The position numbers and the translations under genes are program-made. A stretch of DNA of 63,802 nucleotides, the filler included, from Nemertoderma westbladi (lineage: Eukaryota; Animalia; Xenacoelomorpha), in the NCBI GenBank assembly GCA_032718475.1. It is 3 parts of 3 records of this genome, joined end to end, with 100 filler letters (N's around TTAATTAATTAA, not from the genome) between each part and the next. Parts side by side here need not be neighbours in the genome. Positions count along the whole stretch, not along the records: positions 1 to 27,388 come from JAUCBJ010002817.1; 2 more parts are not named here. One strand, 5' to 3'. Below, one piece after another: positions 1-11,674 of the stretch (position 1 is the stretch's first letter; each line of letters begins with the position of its first letter). The notes beneath the pieces were generated by a model, which ran no database searches, was not told the origin of the DNA, and was given only the letters and a program-made list of their open reading frames with translations.

Positions 1-1835
1 GGATTTACTGGATTCACAGCAAAATTTTGAAAACTTTGTCCCAAAATCGGGTCCTCCCACCGCGAATTCCTCCACTTCCACAATTTGACCGGGTTTAGGA
101 GAATGGATGTAATTGGTCGATAAGTTTTCTGAATGAATGTGGTTGGTTGATATGTTCTCACTAGACATTCTTTCATTTAAAGTCTTTATCAATGGGCCAG
201 CCCAGTACAGAACCAACCGAATCTGGTTCTGCCAGCGCATGTGGTTAAAGGCAGAGGCGAACTAGGGAGTTTTTGTAAAATTTCCAGGCCTCTGGCGCGT
301 TCAAGCTGATTAATAATTGAACTCCGGGTCGATCGAGTTCATATCAAGGGATGTTATTACGTTTCACAAAGTCATCGTTGTCCCAGTTATACGCAGGTGC
401 TATTTGTAACCGACTATTTCTGACTATACCGACTAATAGTCTACCGACTATTTGTAAAGTTCTTAATCACAACCACCTTAATGTTGTTCAATTTACATAT
501 TTCATTTATATCACCGGGGTCAGATAAAGAAATTTTGTAATAACGAGTTTGTATAACTGATTGCCAGGTTTGTATTACGCTTAGATTTATTTATGTATTA
601 TTTAGGTCTAATTTCATTGGATGACCGTCTGCCTTGCTAAATAACTCCTCTGCAAGGTCTTGATCAATGAAGGATCCAGAGCTTCCTGTATCCATTAGGG
701 CGTTTACGATGACGCTATGGTTGTTGCAGTGTAGTCGAACTTGCAAAACGGGGAATTCTCTAACACCAAGCGATTTTGGGTCCGAGGTCTTTAAAGATGT
801 ATGACGGTTTATATAGGCTGTTCTGGGGGTAATGGTGGCTCATACGTGATGGCTGTACAGACCACTACATTATTGCAACTTTCCTCGTCCATGGAGAACT
901 CGTCCGTATAGAACTCCTGTTCGGTACTTCCCCTCATGTCATAAGGGGAATAATCGGTAAATGGAACCTTTATTTCCACATGGGGGTCTATATCCTTCTG
1001 ATGCTATAGGTAGTGATGTTTTCCATTACACTTAACACATTTGTAGGTGTCCCGTAAATAACACTTGCTTCTATTGTGTCCGGCGCACAAGCACAGGAAA
1101 CATACACTTAAAGAGGTTACAGTTTCTCTCCGCTTTTCCAAAGACATTCCAATAAAGTCTGGACACTGCGGGAGCCTATGGGACTCTTTACTACATAATA
1201 AACAGCCAGCGTTATAGGTCGCTGATTTAATTATCGGTTTTAGTTGTTTCAGGCCTTTACGCTGTTGGTCGCTGCGTTTCTGGCTATCCGAGATATTATG
1301 AGTTTTCACTTTCTTCGGATTCCTCCTCACAGGTTGATAGATCAGTTTGATAAACTTGTTCCCGACGCCTAGTTGGGGTTGTTTTGTCGGATTTTGGATC
1401 TAGGTAACGCTCGCCTCGCTGGGTAATCATCTGCAATGAGGATTCATAATCGAGGTATTCCAGGAATTCATTCATGCCTAAAGCTGGTTTACCGCGAAGT
1501 TTAGCGTTTAGCACTTTGCGGTCCCATCGTGTAGATATACTACCCGTAGGTAGGGCCGCAGAAGTCATACCAACTACAACCGGGTATCATAATATTCGTG
1601 TTTATCTAACCAATCTAGTTGTCTACAGATTTCCTTAATCTCGTCAACATATTCAATCATTTCCGTAGTTAACACACGTTTACGGTTGACCAACTTTTGA
1701 TACAGATATTGGGCTATTGAAGCTTCATCTCCGTACCTGACATGTAAAAGTTTCCATAATTCTTCCAATCCCTGTGGGTGTCCGATATATCTTTGCGCTA
1801 ATTTTTTCGGATAACCTTCCATGCAGTCTATTAAG
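1..1835 (-). mobile_element. Decayed BEL/Pao LTR retrotransposon (family B), gag-protease fragment
   Basis: ORFs 1574-1822, 1296-1568 and 1004-1330 give the BEL gag region (LWKLLHVRYG) and a triple zinc knuckle (CLLC..H..C, CFLC..GH..C, CVKC..HH). A protease motif (VNALMDTGS) lies near 680-710. It is colinear with the 44611-50990 element and broken by frameshifts and stops. Confidence 0.85.
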
Positions 1836-1837
1836 AA

Positions 1838-2156
1838 CTACTACTACAAGGATCGGCATGCTGCATTGCAGCTGCATTTTTAAGAATGCTGTGCCGGCTT
1901 ATCGACAAAATTGCACCGCCACAACTCCCTATCACCCATGACATTTGCTAGATCATCCGCATCTTCAAGGACAGTGTCCTTTAAGATGCGTGTCAAGTCA
2001 TGGGCTGTCCACCATGCTTATTCACTCCATGAGGCTGCCAAAGTACAAGATTATGCACTGGCTGATCCTCACGGCGAAAGCAATGTCCTGCAAAGCGGAG
2101 GCGATTTTGTTCTAGTGTCAAGCTTGGGGGAACCAATGAGACACCTCCAATGTTAT
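1838..2156 (-). mobile_element. 5'-truncated RTE-type LINE, 3' end with (TAG)n tail
   Basis: Near-identical reverse complement of ~26835-27135. The tail reads ctactactac on +. Confidence 0.85.
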
Positions 2157-3462
2157 TCCGTCCCATCGTCCATCGTCATTCCGTCAGGCCGCACACCACT
2201 TGTAACCCCCTGTTGGCCGGTGGTCCCGGTACACTCACTGTCAACTCGTTTCGACTCGTGCTCCGCCCCCTGTACCCATCCTCGTTCCTTTTCCTCTACT
2301 AACCTGCCCGCCATGTGACAGATCTGGTGTAGCCGGCTGGTACTGCTGGGTCGCAGCCTCCCGAATATTTATGCCCGTCTCATTGTGTTCTCTCCCCTCC
2401 CGAACTTTAGGGCATCCCAAGTTTGCTCATCATCGTCGCGTCATAGGGGATCTCGTCGTCAACATGTTGTCATCTCCGGTGATGTTTTCACTGTTCAGCG
2501 TAGTTTTCCACTAGGACAGGATCCCAGTTGGCCTGAGATCCCGGCCATTTGACTTTGGTGATGTTCCCTACGTGCGCGCTGGCTAATGCAATGGCTGACT
2601 GGTGGTTGGACTGACTGACCTGGCCGTAGGCCAGTGAAATAAAAGAGCTTGTTTGGTGAACTTTACTATTAATTGACTGACTGATGAATATGGTGTACCG
2701 GTAGTGATGATAGCACAGCATAGTGGAGGAAAACTATTTCTCCTCTACTACACTGAATAAATGCCAACTGATTGCACAATACATGTGACCATTAATATAA
2801 AGGGGTGAATATATTGCCTACCTACATGCTAATACGTTTCAGTGACCTGTGATCGATACACTCTAAGATGCCACATGCAGCCCTCCCATTGGCTGCCTTA
2901 TCATGCCATAAACCTGCCTCCCTATGGCTTCTGCTAGACTCTGCCCACCGAGGTAGATTGTTAGTCCACTGCCTGGCTAGCCCTATTGAATCATACCTTT
3001 GCTGGTATGCCCAATTGGATACCTTGATGGCCAACTTGGTTAAATCGGCTCCCCCCACACTTTGTGGGTTGGAATTGCTGAGCGGAATGGATCCGCTAAC
3101 AAGACACACTCATTGCGAAAAAATCATTCAAGGAAAAATACAATTTTGCGATTTATATTTATATCGCGACATTAGAGACTACCTGTACTTCACACATGAT
3201 ATCTCGTGAACGAAACAAGATATAAAAAAACTGTTTTTAGATTTGGAATCACCAATACATTCGATTCAGATGGGATGGATATACTTAAAAGGATAATTTT
3301 GGTACATATTATTACTTTAAATAAATTTTAGTAATATTTGAACCCTCAACGATCTCAAATATGTTTGTATGTTATTATATAATGTCGAATTTTATAGTTA
3401 TCCAAAGACAAGCTACTTTCAACTCCTCCCAGTTTCTTAACCTTCTTAGAACAAATCCATCA

Positions 3463-4821
3463 TTAAATATTAATTATCACCATAACTGTACTGTACCTCA
3501 CGTAATCAATCACTTTGATCTTGTCCTTCCACTGAGCATTTAGTACACCTAATGCAACTCCATTACCCTTAACTTCGAAAACGATGTGGCACTTCTTTAG
3601 TTCGGGGATACTTTGTTTATTAAACTTAAGATCGCAAATATCCGATATAACTTGTATTTGTAAAGGGCTTCTTATTGGTCCAATAACTACTATGCTTCTT
3701 AATTTCCTACAATCTCTGACCAGAGAAACGAAGTCTGCTCTGATTGCTTCTCCAATCTGTCTCCCCCAGCACCACAATTTCAAATCTTCTAGACAGTTCC
3801 AGAAACTATAGCGCAGATATTGCAATAGATTCGATAGACCCTCGACTGTTTCCAATCTAGCCACCAAACTCAACATTGACAGAGGAGGGCGCCCTTTTAT
3901 CAATCGAATAACCGATTGGAAGTCAAATGTGCTGATGAAATTCAAATCCATATGAACTGAGAGCTTGGGGTTGGCCATTCTCCATGGGCTGCTGTTGCTA
4001 TCATAGGCGAGAGGTTCAATATCAGCTGATTCTCGTGCATCTATGCGCAGCATCAATCTTATGAGAATGAGAGAAGGACAGTGAGTGAGAATTCTCTGTA
4101 AAACATCCCGATTCAGGTAATTGTAGGTTATACTCAAATTTGTCAACTTCCCTAGAGTGCTGAGTGGTCCCATAGCAGATGGAAAAGGAATTTCTGTAGA
4201 AGCGGCAGAAGAGTCAATTAATCCAAATATATCGAGGTTTCTAAGAGACCTGTGGTTGTTTTTGACGAGACTCCTTATGAGTCGGTCGGTTTCACTTAGA
4301 GGTTTTATACCGATATCATTTAAAGTTAGTTTTTCTAGAACTTTCTGTGAATCCATAAATTCATTCAGACGCTGATAGAACATGATGCTGTTAGGTTTTA
4401 TGTCAAAATATCTTCCGCGTAAAGTGAATTCTGTTAGTTGTGATTCCATGAGATGGGTGATTGATTGAATGAGGTGGTTTATAACTTGTTGCCGAAATAT
4501 GAATCCGCCGAGATATATTGAAACATTTTTCATATGGCGTTCGTATTGCCGTAATACTTCTATCTCATTCCAATCGTTCTGTTGATGACCATTTAAGGTA
4601 ATTGTTCTCCTTCTCCAAAGACTTGCGTCTCTCTGGATCTCATTCCATCGACGACAGGTTTCGCCAGAGGACAAACGGTCGCGTTCTGGTAGGAACCTGA
4701 ACAAATGGAGAAGTAGTTCTTGTGGGAGGAGCGATTGCCAATCAGACCCTTCGCTTTCATCGCTGGAGTGGTATCGTTCTCGCTCTAATTGTTCATCGTC
4801 GCTCTCACTAGAAGAGTACAT
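3463..4821 (-). CDS. F-box protein with degenerate LRR-like C-terminus, single coding exon
   Basis: Intact ~452-codon ORF with first ATG at 4821 (the track starts at an upstream TTG). It has an F-box motif LLPQELLLHLFRFLPERDRLSSGETCRRWNEI followed by LxxLxL repeats (LEKLTL, LRNLDI, LTNLSI, LEDLKL). Confidence 0.85.
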   Translation of the reverse strand: MYSSSESDDEQLERERYHSSDESEGSDWQSLLPQELLLHLFRFLPERDRLSSGETCRRWNEIQRDASLWRRRTITLNGHQQNDWNEIEVLRQYERHMKNVSIYLGGFIFRQQVINHLIQSITHLMESQLTEFTLRGRYFDIKPNSIMFYQRLNEFMDSQKVLEKLTLNDIGIKPLSETDRLIRSLVKNNHRSLRNLDIFGLIDSSAASTEIPFPSAMGPLSTLGKLTNLSITYNYLNRDVLQRILTHCPSLILIRLMLRIDARESADIEPLAYDSNSSPWRMANPKLSVHMDLNFISTFDFQSVIRLIKGRPPLSMLSLVARLETVEGLSNLLQYLRYSFWNCLEDLKLWCWGRQIGEAIRADFVSLVRDCRKLRSIVVIGPIRSPLQIQVISDICDLKFNKQSIPELKKCHIVFEVKGNGVALGVLNAQWKDKIKVIDYVRYSTVMVIINI

Positions 4822-5283
4822 TATCAATAAGCTATTGGATAATGAGAGTAATTACTTTAAAAGTAAGCATCATATTCATAGGTTACAAAACTGTTATGCT
4901 ACTGTATATCACATAGGTATAATAGTATAATAGTTACATAGTTGTGATATTGTAATAGTTACCAATCGTTGTTAATAATTGTGAAAAAATGTTTTAAGAA
5001 TACGTAAAAGAACTATAAAATTATGGGCGTAGGTCTCTTCTATATGTGATGAAAATATCACTACTTTCAAGTATAGAAAGTAATAGGGAAGATTTCCGCA
5101 TTCTTCCCCATTTCCAATATATATATTTGTAGCTATTATTAGGCAGTGTTTCATATATGTTATTGCTACTGTAGCTATTATTTTTAATGGTATAGCTAGT
5201 GATTTACGTACACCGGTAGCTAGTATTTTTAAAAGAAGATGAAGGAAAGAGAGGAAGAACTAGAAAGACAATATCAGAATGTA

Positions 5284-6238
5284 CACCATGACCCGTAATA
5301 TAGTGTCATTTTCTGATGACACGACCCCCCCCCCAAATTTTTCTACAAATTTAATTTAATTTAAAATGTACACTTGAAAATTGAAACACAACTAGTTCAA
5401 CTCACCGTGGTTGTTACCATGAAGCCGGAATTTTCGATTTCGAATTTAAATCTTATTTATAAATGTTTTAAAAAAGTGTCTTTTGCGAAATCGCACCCTC
5501 TGTTTCATTGCCATTCTTCACTTTAGTCGTATTTTTTTTCATATCAATAGAAAGCTTGCGTTGAAAGGATTCCAAATATGTAGCAATATCTGAATTTCGT
5601 TGAGAAACAACTGAGAAATAGGCATTCAAAGGTTTCAAGAATTATTGTTCACTGCAGGCCATTTATTTCTATTTATCTATATTATTTATATTTATCTATA
5701 TAATATCTATTTAATAAATACACAATATTCTGGAACAATTTGTTTATGTATGATTAGCTACGCAGTATAGATATTGTATAGGCATACCGCTGTTGCCTAC
5801 CAACTCATAAAATAAATAACACGTTCTAGAATTTTGTGTATTTATTAAATAGAATAAATGACCTGCAGCGTACAATAATTCTTGCAATCTTTGAACGCCT
5901 ATTTCTCAGCTGTTTCTCAATGAAATTCAGATATTGCTACATATTTGGAATCCTTTCAACGCAATCTTATTGATGTGAAAAAATTACGTCTAAAGTGAAG
6001 AATGGCAATGATACAGAGGGTGCGATTTCGCAAAAGACACTTTTTTAAAACGCTTATATATAAAATTTAAAGGCGAAATCGAAAATTCCGGCTTCATGGT
6101 AACAACCACGGTGAGTTGAACTAGTTGTGTTTCAAATTGCGAGCAATATGATAACGATTTGTAGAAAAATTTGTGGGGGGGGGGGGGGGGGGGTGGTCCG
6201 TGTCGTCAGACAATGACACTATATTACAGGTCATGGTG
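5284..6238. mobile_element. Foldback/MITE-type non-autonomous DNA transposon, ~450-bp inverted arms, TA target duplication
   Basis: ta|CACCATGACC...GGTCATGGTG|ta. The arms are complementary almost to the centre (e.g. gaaacacaactagttcaactcaccgtgg / ccacggtgagttgaactagttgtgtttc). No ORF. Confidence 0.9.
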
Positions 6239-6271
6239 TATGTGAGTCTGTAAAAAATCAAAAGGTACATT

Positions 6272-6660
6272 CATGACCTACTATATATGTATACGACCAT
6301 AAAAGCTGCATTCTACCTACTAAATTTAGTAGGCACACGTTTTTAAAATAATGTTTCATATATTGGAAGGATTTTATAATAAAAGTCTTCTAGAACATTT
6401 TTTTATGATTAGTTTAATAGTAGGCCCTAAATAATATAATTTTGAAATAACTTATTTTAATAGCTATTTTTTGGTAAATGGCAATTCAACATCGTTAGTG
6501 CGTATCTACACCATCTCCTGGAATATTGTGTCTTAATTCAGTGACTTGACCACAAATCTTATTCTACAAATCTTCCTTAATGAGATTGAATGAAATTTGA
6601 AATAGATATTGTTTTACCTCCCTCATCCATACTGGATGCTTCAGAATATTTATTTTCGCC
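6272..6660 (+). repeat. Left long terminal inverted repeat of P/Galileo-like element
   Basis: Starts CATGACCTA and is the reverse complement of 20262-20627 over ~370-390 bp. Confidence 0.9.
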
Positions 6661-6670
6661 TCTAATCCAT

Positions 6671-7257
6671 TGTGACGGGATCAAGGGATTCCGACCGGTT
6701 GTCAGACTACGCGTCACCGTGGTATTGAAATAAAAGAGTTTGTTGTTATCTCTTCGACACTTGGTAGTTAATATCGATAAAATGAATTGATAATATATGT
6801 AATAGCACAGTTGATAGGTCGACAATAGCAGTATACCGGTAGGTAGGATATGTAATATGTAATGACGGTGACGGTAAAAGATGTCACCGGTCTGCACTCA
6901 AACTAATGACTGGAATAACTGAACTGGTATGAATACATTGATAATATATCTAATCATCCCTACATTACCGTGGCCTTTGTCCAGTGGATGCTTTCCCCCG
7001 CTCCTATTGGCTGATAACCTACTACACGCCTCTCAGCTCTGTGGGAGTGCTTCCCCCCCTGTTCCGTTGGTTATTTTCCCTCTCGAGGTGGTTTGACCTC
7101 TAACCTCCCTTTGTGTGGCTTTTGGGGTGTGTGTTATCCCCGTTATTGGGTGTGATACGAGATTGGTTGTTATCGATCTCGTATCTCCAATATTGCTGAA
7201 AAAGGCGCCACTTCCCAACTTTATGGGGGTAATGAGGCGGAATTGAATCCGCTCACA
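6671..7257 (-). repeat. 3' LTR of BEL/Pao family A element
   Basis: TG...CA ends with short inverted termini (tgtgacggga / tccgctcaca). A polypurine tract (GGGGGGGAG on -) is directly adjacent at 7258-7266. No second LTR copy was found in the window. Confidence 0.7.
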
Positions 7258-7972
7258 CTCCCCCCCATGCTATCTTCCCGGTGAGAAGATAGCATCACCT
7301 ATGAGTGCGCTTCAATTCCGCTGGAACCCGATCTACTATCGGGTGTGGGGTGGAGTTCTTTTACTTGGAGTCGGCTTTCCAGGCCGCTCCCTCTGGGTAT
7401 GATATTACTACCCCCTCTTGGTGCAACCCCAACCTATGTTGCACCAAGACATCTGGCATCTCGGTTCGAGACAATTGTACTCCTCTCACACAATTTTAAA
7501 TCCCCACTCCACTCTAAACTGACTCTAACTTCTCTCTACTTTCACTCAAACTCCCCACTCCACTTTCGGACCTCTTTGTCCCTCACTCTGCCTCTTACTC
7601 CCCCCCCCCCCACATTTGAATCGCACCCGTACTCTCTCCACACGCCTCAACACCACCTCTCACTATCTCCCCTGCGTTCTATACTCAACCCTTACTCACA
7701 TTACCCCATTCGGTCCTGACGAGCCTCACCCCCCCCCCCCCTTCCGTGCCGTCGCACTTAAGAAGTGTCAAGTGTGTAGTGCCACGTCTAGTCTCCCGTC
7801 CTCCTGTTGTAGTCGATTGGTCCCCAGTCCCAGTAGCTAGTTGGAAAAGGTTACACGACTATACTACTTACTTTGATTATATTGGGTATTGATTATATGA
7901 TTACATTCTATTGATTACTACATACGTACATACTAATTGCACTTTTATTAAATTTGCACTTAGAAGTTCGTA

Positions 7973-10555
7973 TTACTTCGCATGTGGTGCCTCCCAGGCA
8001 TCCCCACATCTCCCCCTCCAAGTTCTAGTTCGCTCCTCCTGTCTTTGGAACCATCTCAGTTCCTTCCCTCTGTCGTTGTCCTGTCTCGGTCGCTTCCTGG
8101 TTGTCGCCGCTCCCTTGCTCTTGTCCTCCTTAAGGTTCCTCATCCTTGCCGTTACTTCCCTACTGATTCCCGTCGTCGATTCCTTGGGCGCTGGTGTTAT
8201 TAGCTCCCAGTATTGCTTCGCAGGTGGCCCCTCTGAATGCCCCTGCTGCTTCCCCCTAGTGGCGTCCCATAGGATCACGTTCATGGCCCGCGGCAAATGC
8301 TCCGCCAGGAAATCTCTGAACTCTCCCCGGTTCTCTGGCGCCCATCTGTCTAAATACCTCTGTGTATTCATCACTCCCGCATACGATGCCGCAGTTGATA
8401 CATCTTGATAAGTAAACGGAAGCCTCCGTTTGATGATTTCCAGGTGGGCCTCCTGGTTAATATTAAAGAAACCCCACCGGAATTCCTGGGCCTTCATCCG
8501 CCGCCGCGTCAAGACCCCGACATCGGCCCACTCCTCAAAGATCTTAAACTTCTCCTCGTCGTCCATCCAGTCGCACTGGCATCTGTAGTGCCCCCGGAAG
8601 TTGCACTTAGAACACTGGTTGTGCAACCGTGGACACGCCCCCATCCTATGACTCGACTCGCGGCAGTTGAGGCAGCTCATCCCCTTCTGGAATCGATACA
8701 AGCAGCTCCTTTCCTGGTGAGTAAGCCTCCCGCAGTAATCACAGCCGAGTACCAACGCGTCCCGCCCCAAGTCTTCCTTCGCCCCAAGCGATCTCCTAGG
8801 TCTATGGAGCCGCTGGTAAGCAAACTTCTGGACGTTAACGTCTCTGTCCATGTGTATGTCCTCGTCTCGCCTGAGCATCGTCTCTCCGAATACTACCCAT
8901 GGTGCCGTTCCTGGTTGCTCGCCCAACCTGATGGTGCTCCCCGTGAAATCCATCGCCAGGTCCTCATGCACCCAGGCCCGCTTGCCGGGTTTATCCCAGA
9001 AGGCCCTCGCCCCGCTGGCCGTCACAACTCTCCCGCCAACCCAGTCCGTGTCTGAGTGGCCGATTCTCCCGATGGGCGGCATCTCTCCGAACTCGTCGTC
9101 ATCCTCATCCTCCGCTGGGAGTGGCTCCAAACCCGGTATCCCGGTAGACCCACTGTGTCCCTTCCCACCTTGGCTTTCGCCCGTGACTTTCCATCCTTCC
9201 AGTTCCCCTGGCCTTCTCTTCGCGAAATCGCCCTCGGCGCCCACTGGCATGGGCATCGCCTGCAATCTCGATGTCGACTGTTTCGGCAATCCTTCCGCCC
9301 GAGCTCCCTGATGTCCATTGTAAATCGTCCAAGGCCTGGGCCTCGAACCCGTAGCCCTCTCCTCTAGCTTCCGCCTCTCTTTCGTCTGCCTCCCTCCTTT
9401 CTCGTCTAGCGATTTCTTCCAATCGCTTCTCCTCTTGTCTATGTGCCTCTAGATTCTCCCACCTCTGATATTTTGTATCCACCTCCCTGTCGACTAGATA
9501 TCGGCAGTTGTAGTATACCGACTCGCCCTTCAGCCCCGGGTGGTCTGCCAGACCGTCGAAGGCCACTTTGAAGGCTCTTCTGTAGTTCAGGGGTGATCCC
9601 AATAGCAGAAACGCCGTTGGCTCTCTTCCGATAACCACGGCCATGAATGGGTTTAGTAGACCTATCATTATCCAATCCTCCTGCAGGATATATCGCTTCT
9701 GATATATCTTTATCGCTCCTCTCCGGAATTGATACACCTCCTGTTTCCCCGGCCTCGCTCCCCACTTTAGCGAGTTCGCCAACCCTGCTCCGTACTCCTC
9801 CCTGAATTTACCCCAGTCCATTGGCTTGTGGCAGATGAGCCCCATTAGCTGGCCCATCGCCACCGCTCCACAATGTCCTGTGTTCTCTACTAGTCCCAAC
9901 CCGGGTGGCCCTGTCATAGCCATGTAGACCGTTTGCATGTCCAGGAGGTTGGGGTCTCCAGACCGATGATCCTCTCCGCATCGTCGCGGATCGCCGATCC
10001 CACCTTTATCGTCGACTTCTCTCTTACTACGTTCTGCACCGCCCTTGGCAACCGGCTTAACTTCGGCCCGTTCTTCTTCCCATACGTTCCCAGATCGAAC
10101 AGGAATATGTCCCCATTTGGCGCAGCCAAATGCAGAAGTATGGTTCTGGCTGACCCCGCCAACCTTCTCCTCGATCCCTCGTCGTCTTCCACAGTCACTT
10201 CGTCGCCTAGGACCATGTATCCTTCCCTTCTAATGGACTCTATGAAACTCTTCCAGTCCTTTCTCGGTGATTCCCTCGGATACTTCGGTATCCCGAACTT
10301 CGCCTCATCTCCATTCACCACGTAGTGGAAATGCTCGAGGATCGTGTTGTCTAGCGACGGCGTCCTGTAGGTCCCGACCAGCCGCCTCTCGTGCACCTCC
10401 CTGAAACGGTCCTGCAGCGCTCGCGCCTTGTGACCCTTCTCTAACCGCTTGTGGTATCCCCTCGTCTTCTCCTCCGGATGCCTCTCGGTGAAATCTACTA
10501 GTATCTCCTTTCCACCCATTTCCGCGCTTCTCTTTCTAACAAGTTTCTCCGCCAT
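7973..10555 (-). pseudogene. Extra ORF of BEL/Pao element: WRN/EXD-like DEDDy 3'-5' exonuclease fold, coiled coil and 3 CCHC zinc knuckles (two frameshifts)
   Basis: Joins ORFs 9914-10555, 9105-9938 and 7973-9289. TILLHLAAPNGDIFLFDL...LPRAVQNVVREKSTIKVGSAIRDDAERI...LLDMQTV...QKRYILQED parallels the WRN-type exonuclease pattern. The knuckles are CDYCGRLTHQERSC, CLNCRESSHRMGAC and CSKCNFRGHYRCQC. Confidence 0.65.
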
Positions 10556-11064
10556 TTCGAATGCTCCCGATCACTCACCTACAAGGTGGTGCCTTGCCAA
10601 GGCTCAATATAGGTGAGTGATGTAGTTAGGATGGTCTGTATGGTCCGATAATGGTGTATCTCTCTCAGAACGCTAGGTTTTGTGTTATATTTGCCTATTT
10701 TACCCCCTAAAAATACTAGATTTTCCTAAATTCCCTAAATCTGTCAGTTACTTTTATTATCTTCTAGAATATTTTTACCTACTGTTGCTATAATTTGTCG
10801 AATTTTGATTTTAACATTAATTTTAATTCCATAACTGTGCTATTAATACTTCTAATGGATTATTCATTTTAATAACCCCTATGGTTTGTATACAGGATGG
10901 ACTAGCTACTCCTTACTCATACTGTGCTAGTCTGCACCAGGTAACCTCCTGGCCCTGTATCAAACATTCTGACCTACTCTACAGGCTGTGCAGTACAGTA
11001 CTATGTCTCGTGCGGCCTACACAGTCTGTCCTGCTGTACCCACGTGCCCCCTCTCACTTCTCAC

Positions 11065-11510
11065 TACTAACCCTACTAACTCTCTAACTCTACTAACTCT
11101 TACTAACACTCTAACTAACTCCTACTAACTCTTACTAACTCTTACTAACACTCTAACTAAATCCTACTAACTCTCACTAACTCTTACTAACGGTACTACG
11201 TACCCTCTTACTCTCTAACTAACTCCTCTAACGGTACTACATACCCTCTTACTACTAACTAACTCCACTAATGGTACTACGTACCCTCTAACTACTAACT
11301 CTTCTAACGGTACTACGTACCCTCTTACTACTAACTAACTCCACTAACGGTACTACGTATCCTCTTACTACTAACTCTTCTAACGGTACTACGTACCCTC
11401 TTACTACTAACTCTTCTAACGGTACTACGTACCCTCTTACTACTAACTCCTCTAACGGTACAACGTTCCCTCTTACTACTCTTACTAAACTACTTAACAC
11501 TCTAACTTCT
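11065..11510. repeat. Tandem ~36-bp repeat with GGTAC-NNN-GTACC hairpin, plus CTAA-rich repeats, between pol and the extra ORF
   Basis: About 7-8 copies of ctaacggtactacgtaccctcttactactaactctt. Confidence 0.9.
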
Positions 11511-11674
11511 ATCTGCCTACTTACTTACTACTATGTACTATGTACTATTACTTTCCTTTTTCTTACTCTCTTTCTATTATTTTATTATTTTTATTATTTT
11601 TTTTTTATTTGTGTGGGAAGGGCGTCTCGCCCTCAATCCCACCCCCCTCAGTCCAACACTTGGACGACTAAACT

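Noticed and set aside
2160-3110. Possible LTR/PBS relic on the minus strand
   Set aside because: No partner LTR, clear tRNA-complementary PBS or coding motif could be established.
11180-11500. CRISPR-like 36-bp palindromic repeats and ORF 11288-11500
   Set aside because: The units are head-to-tail with no unique spacers, there are no cas genes and the context is eukaryotic. The ORF is a repeat by-product.
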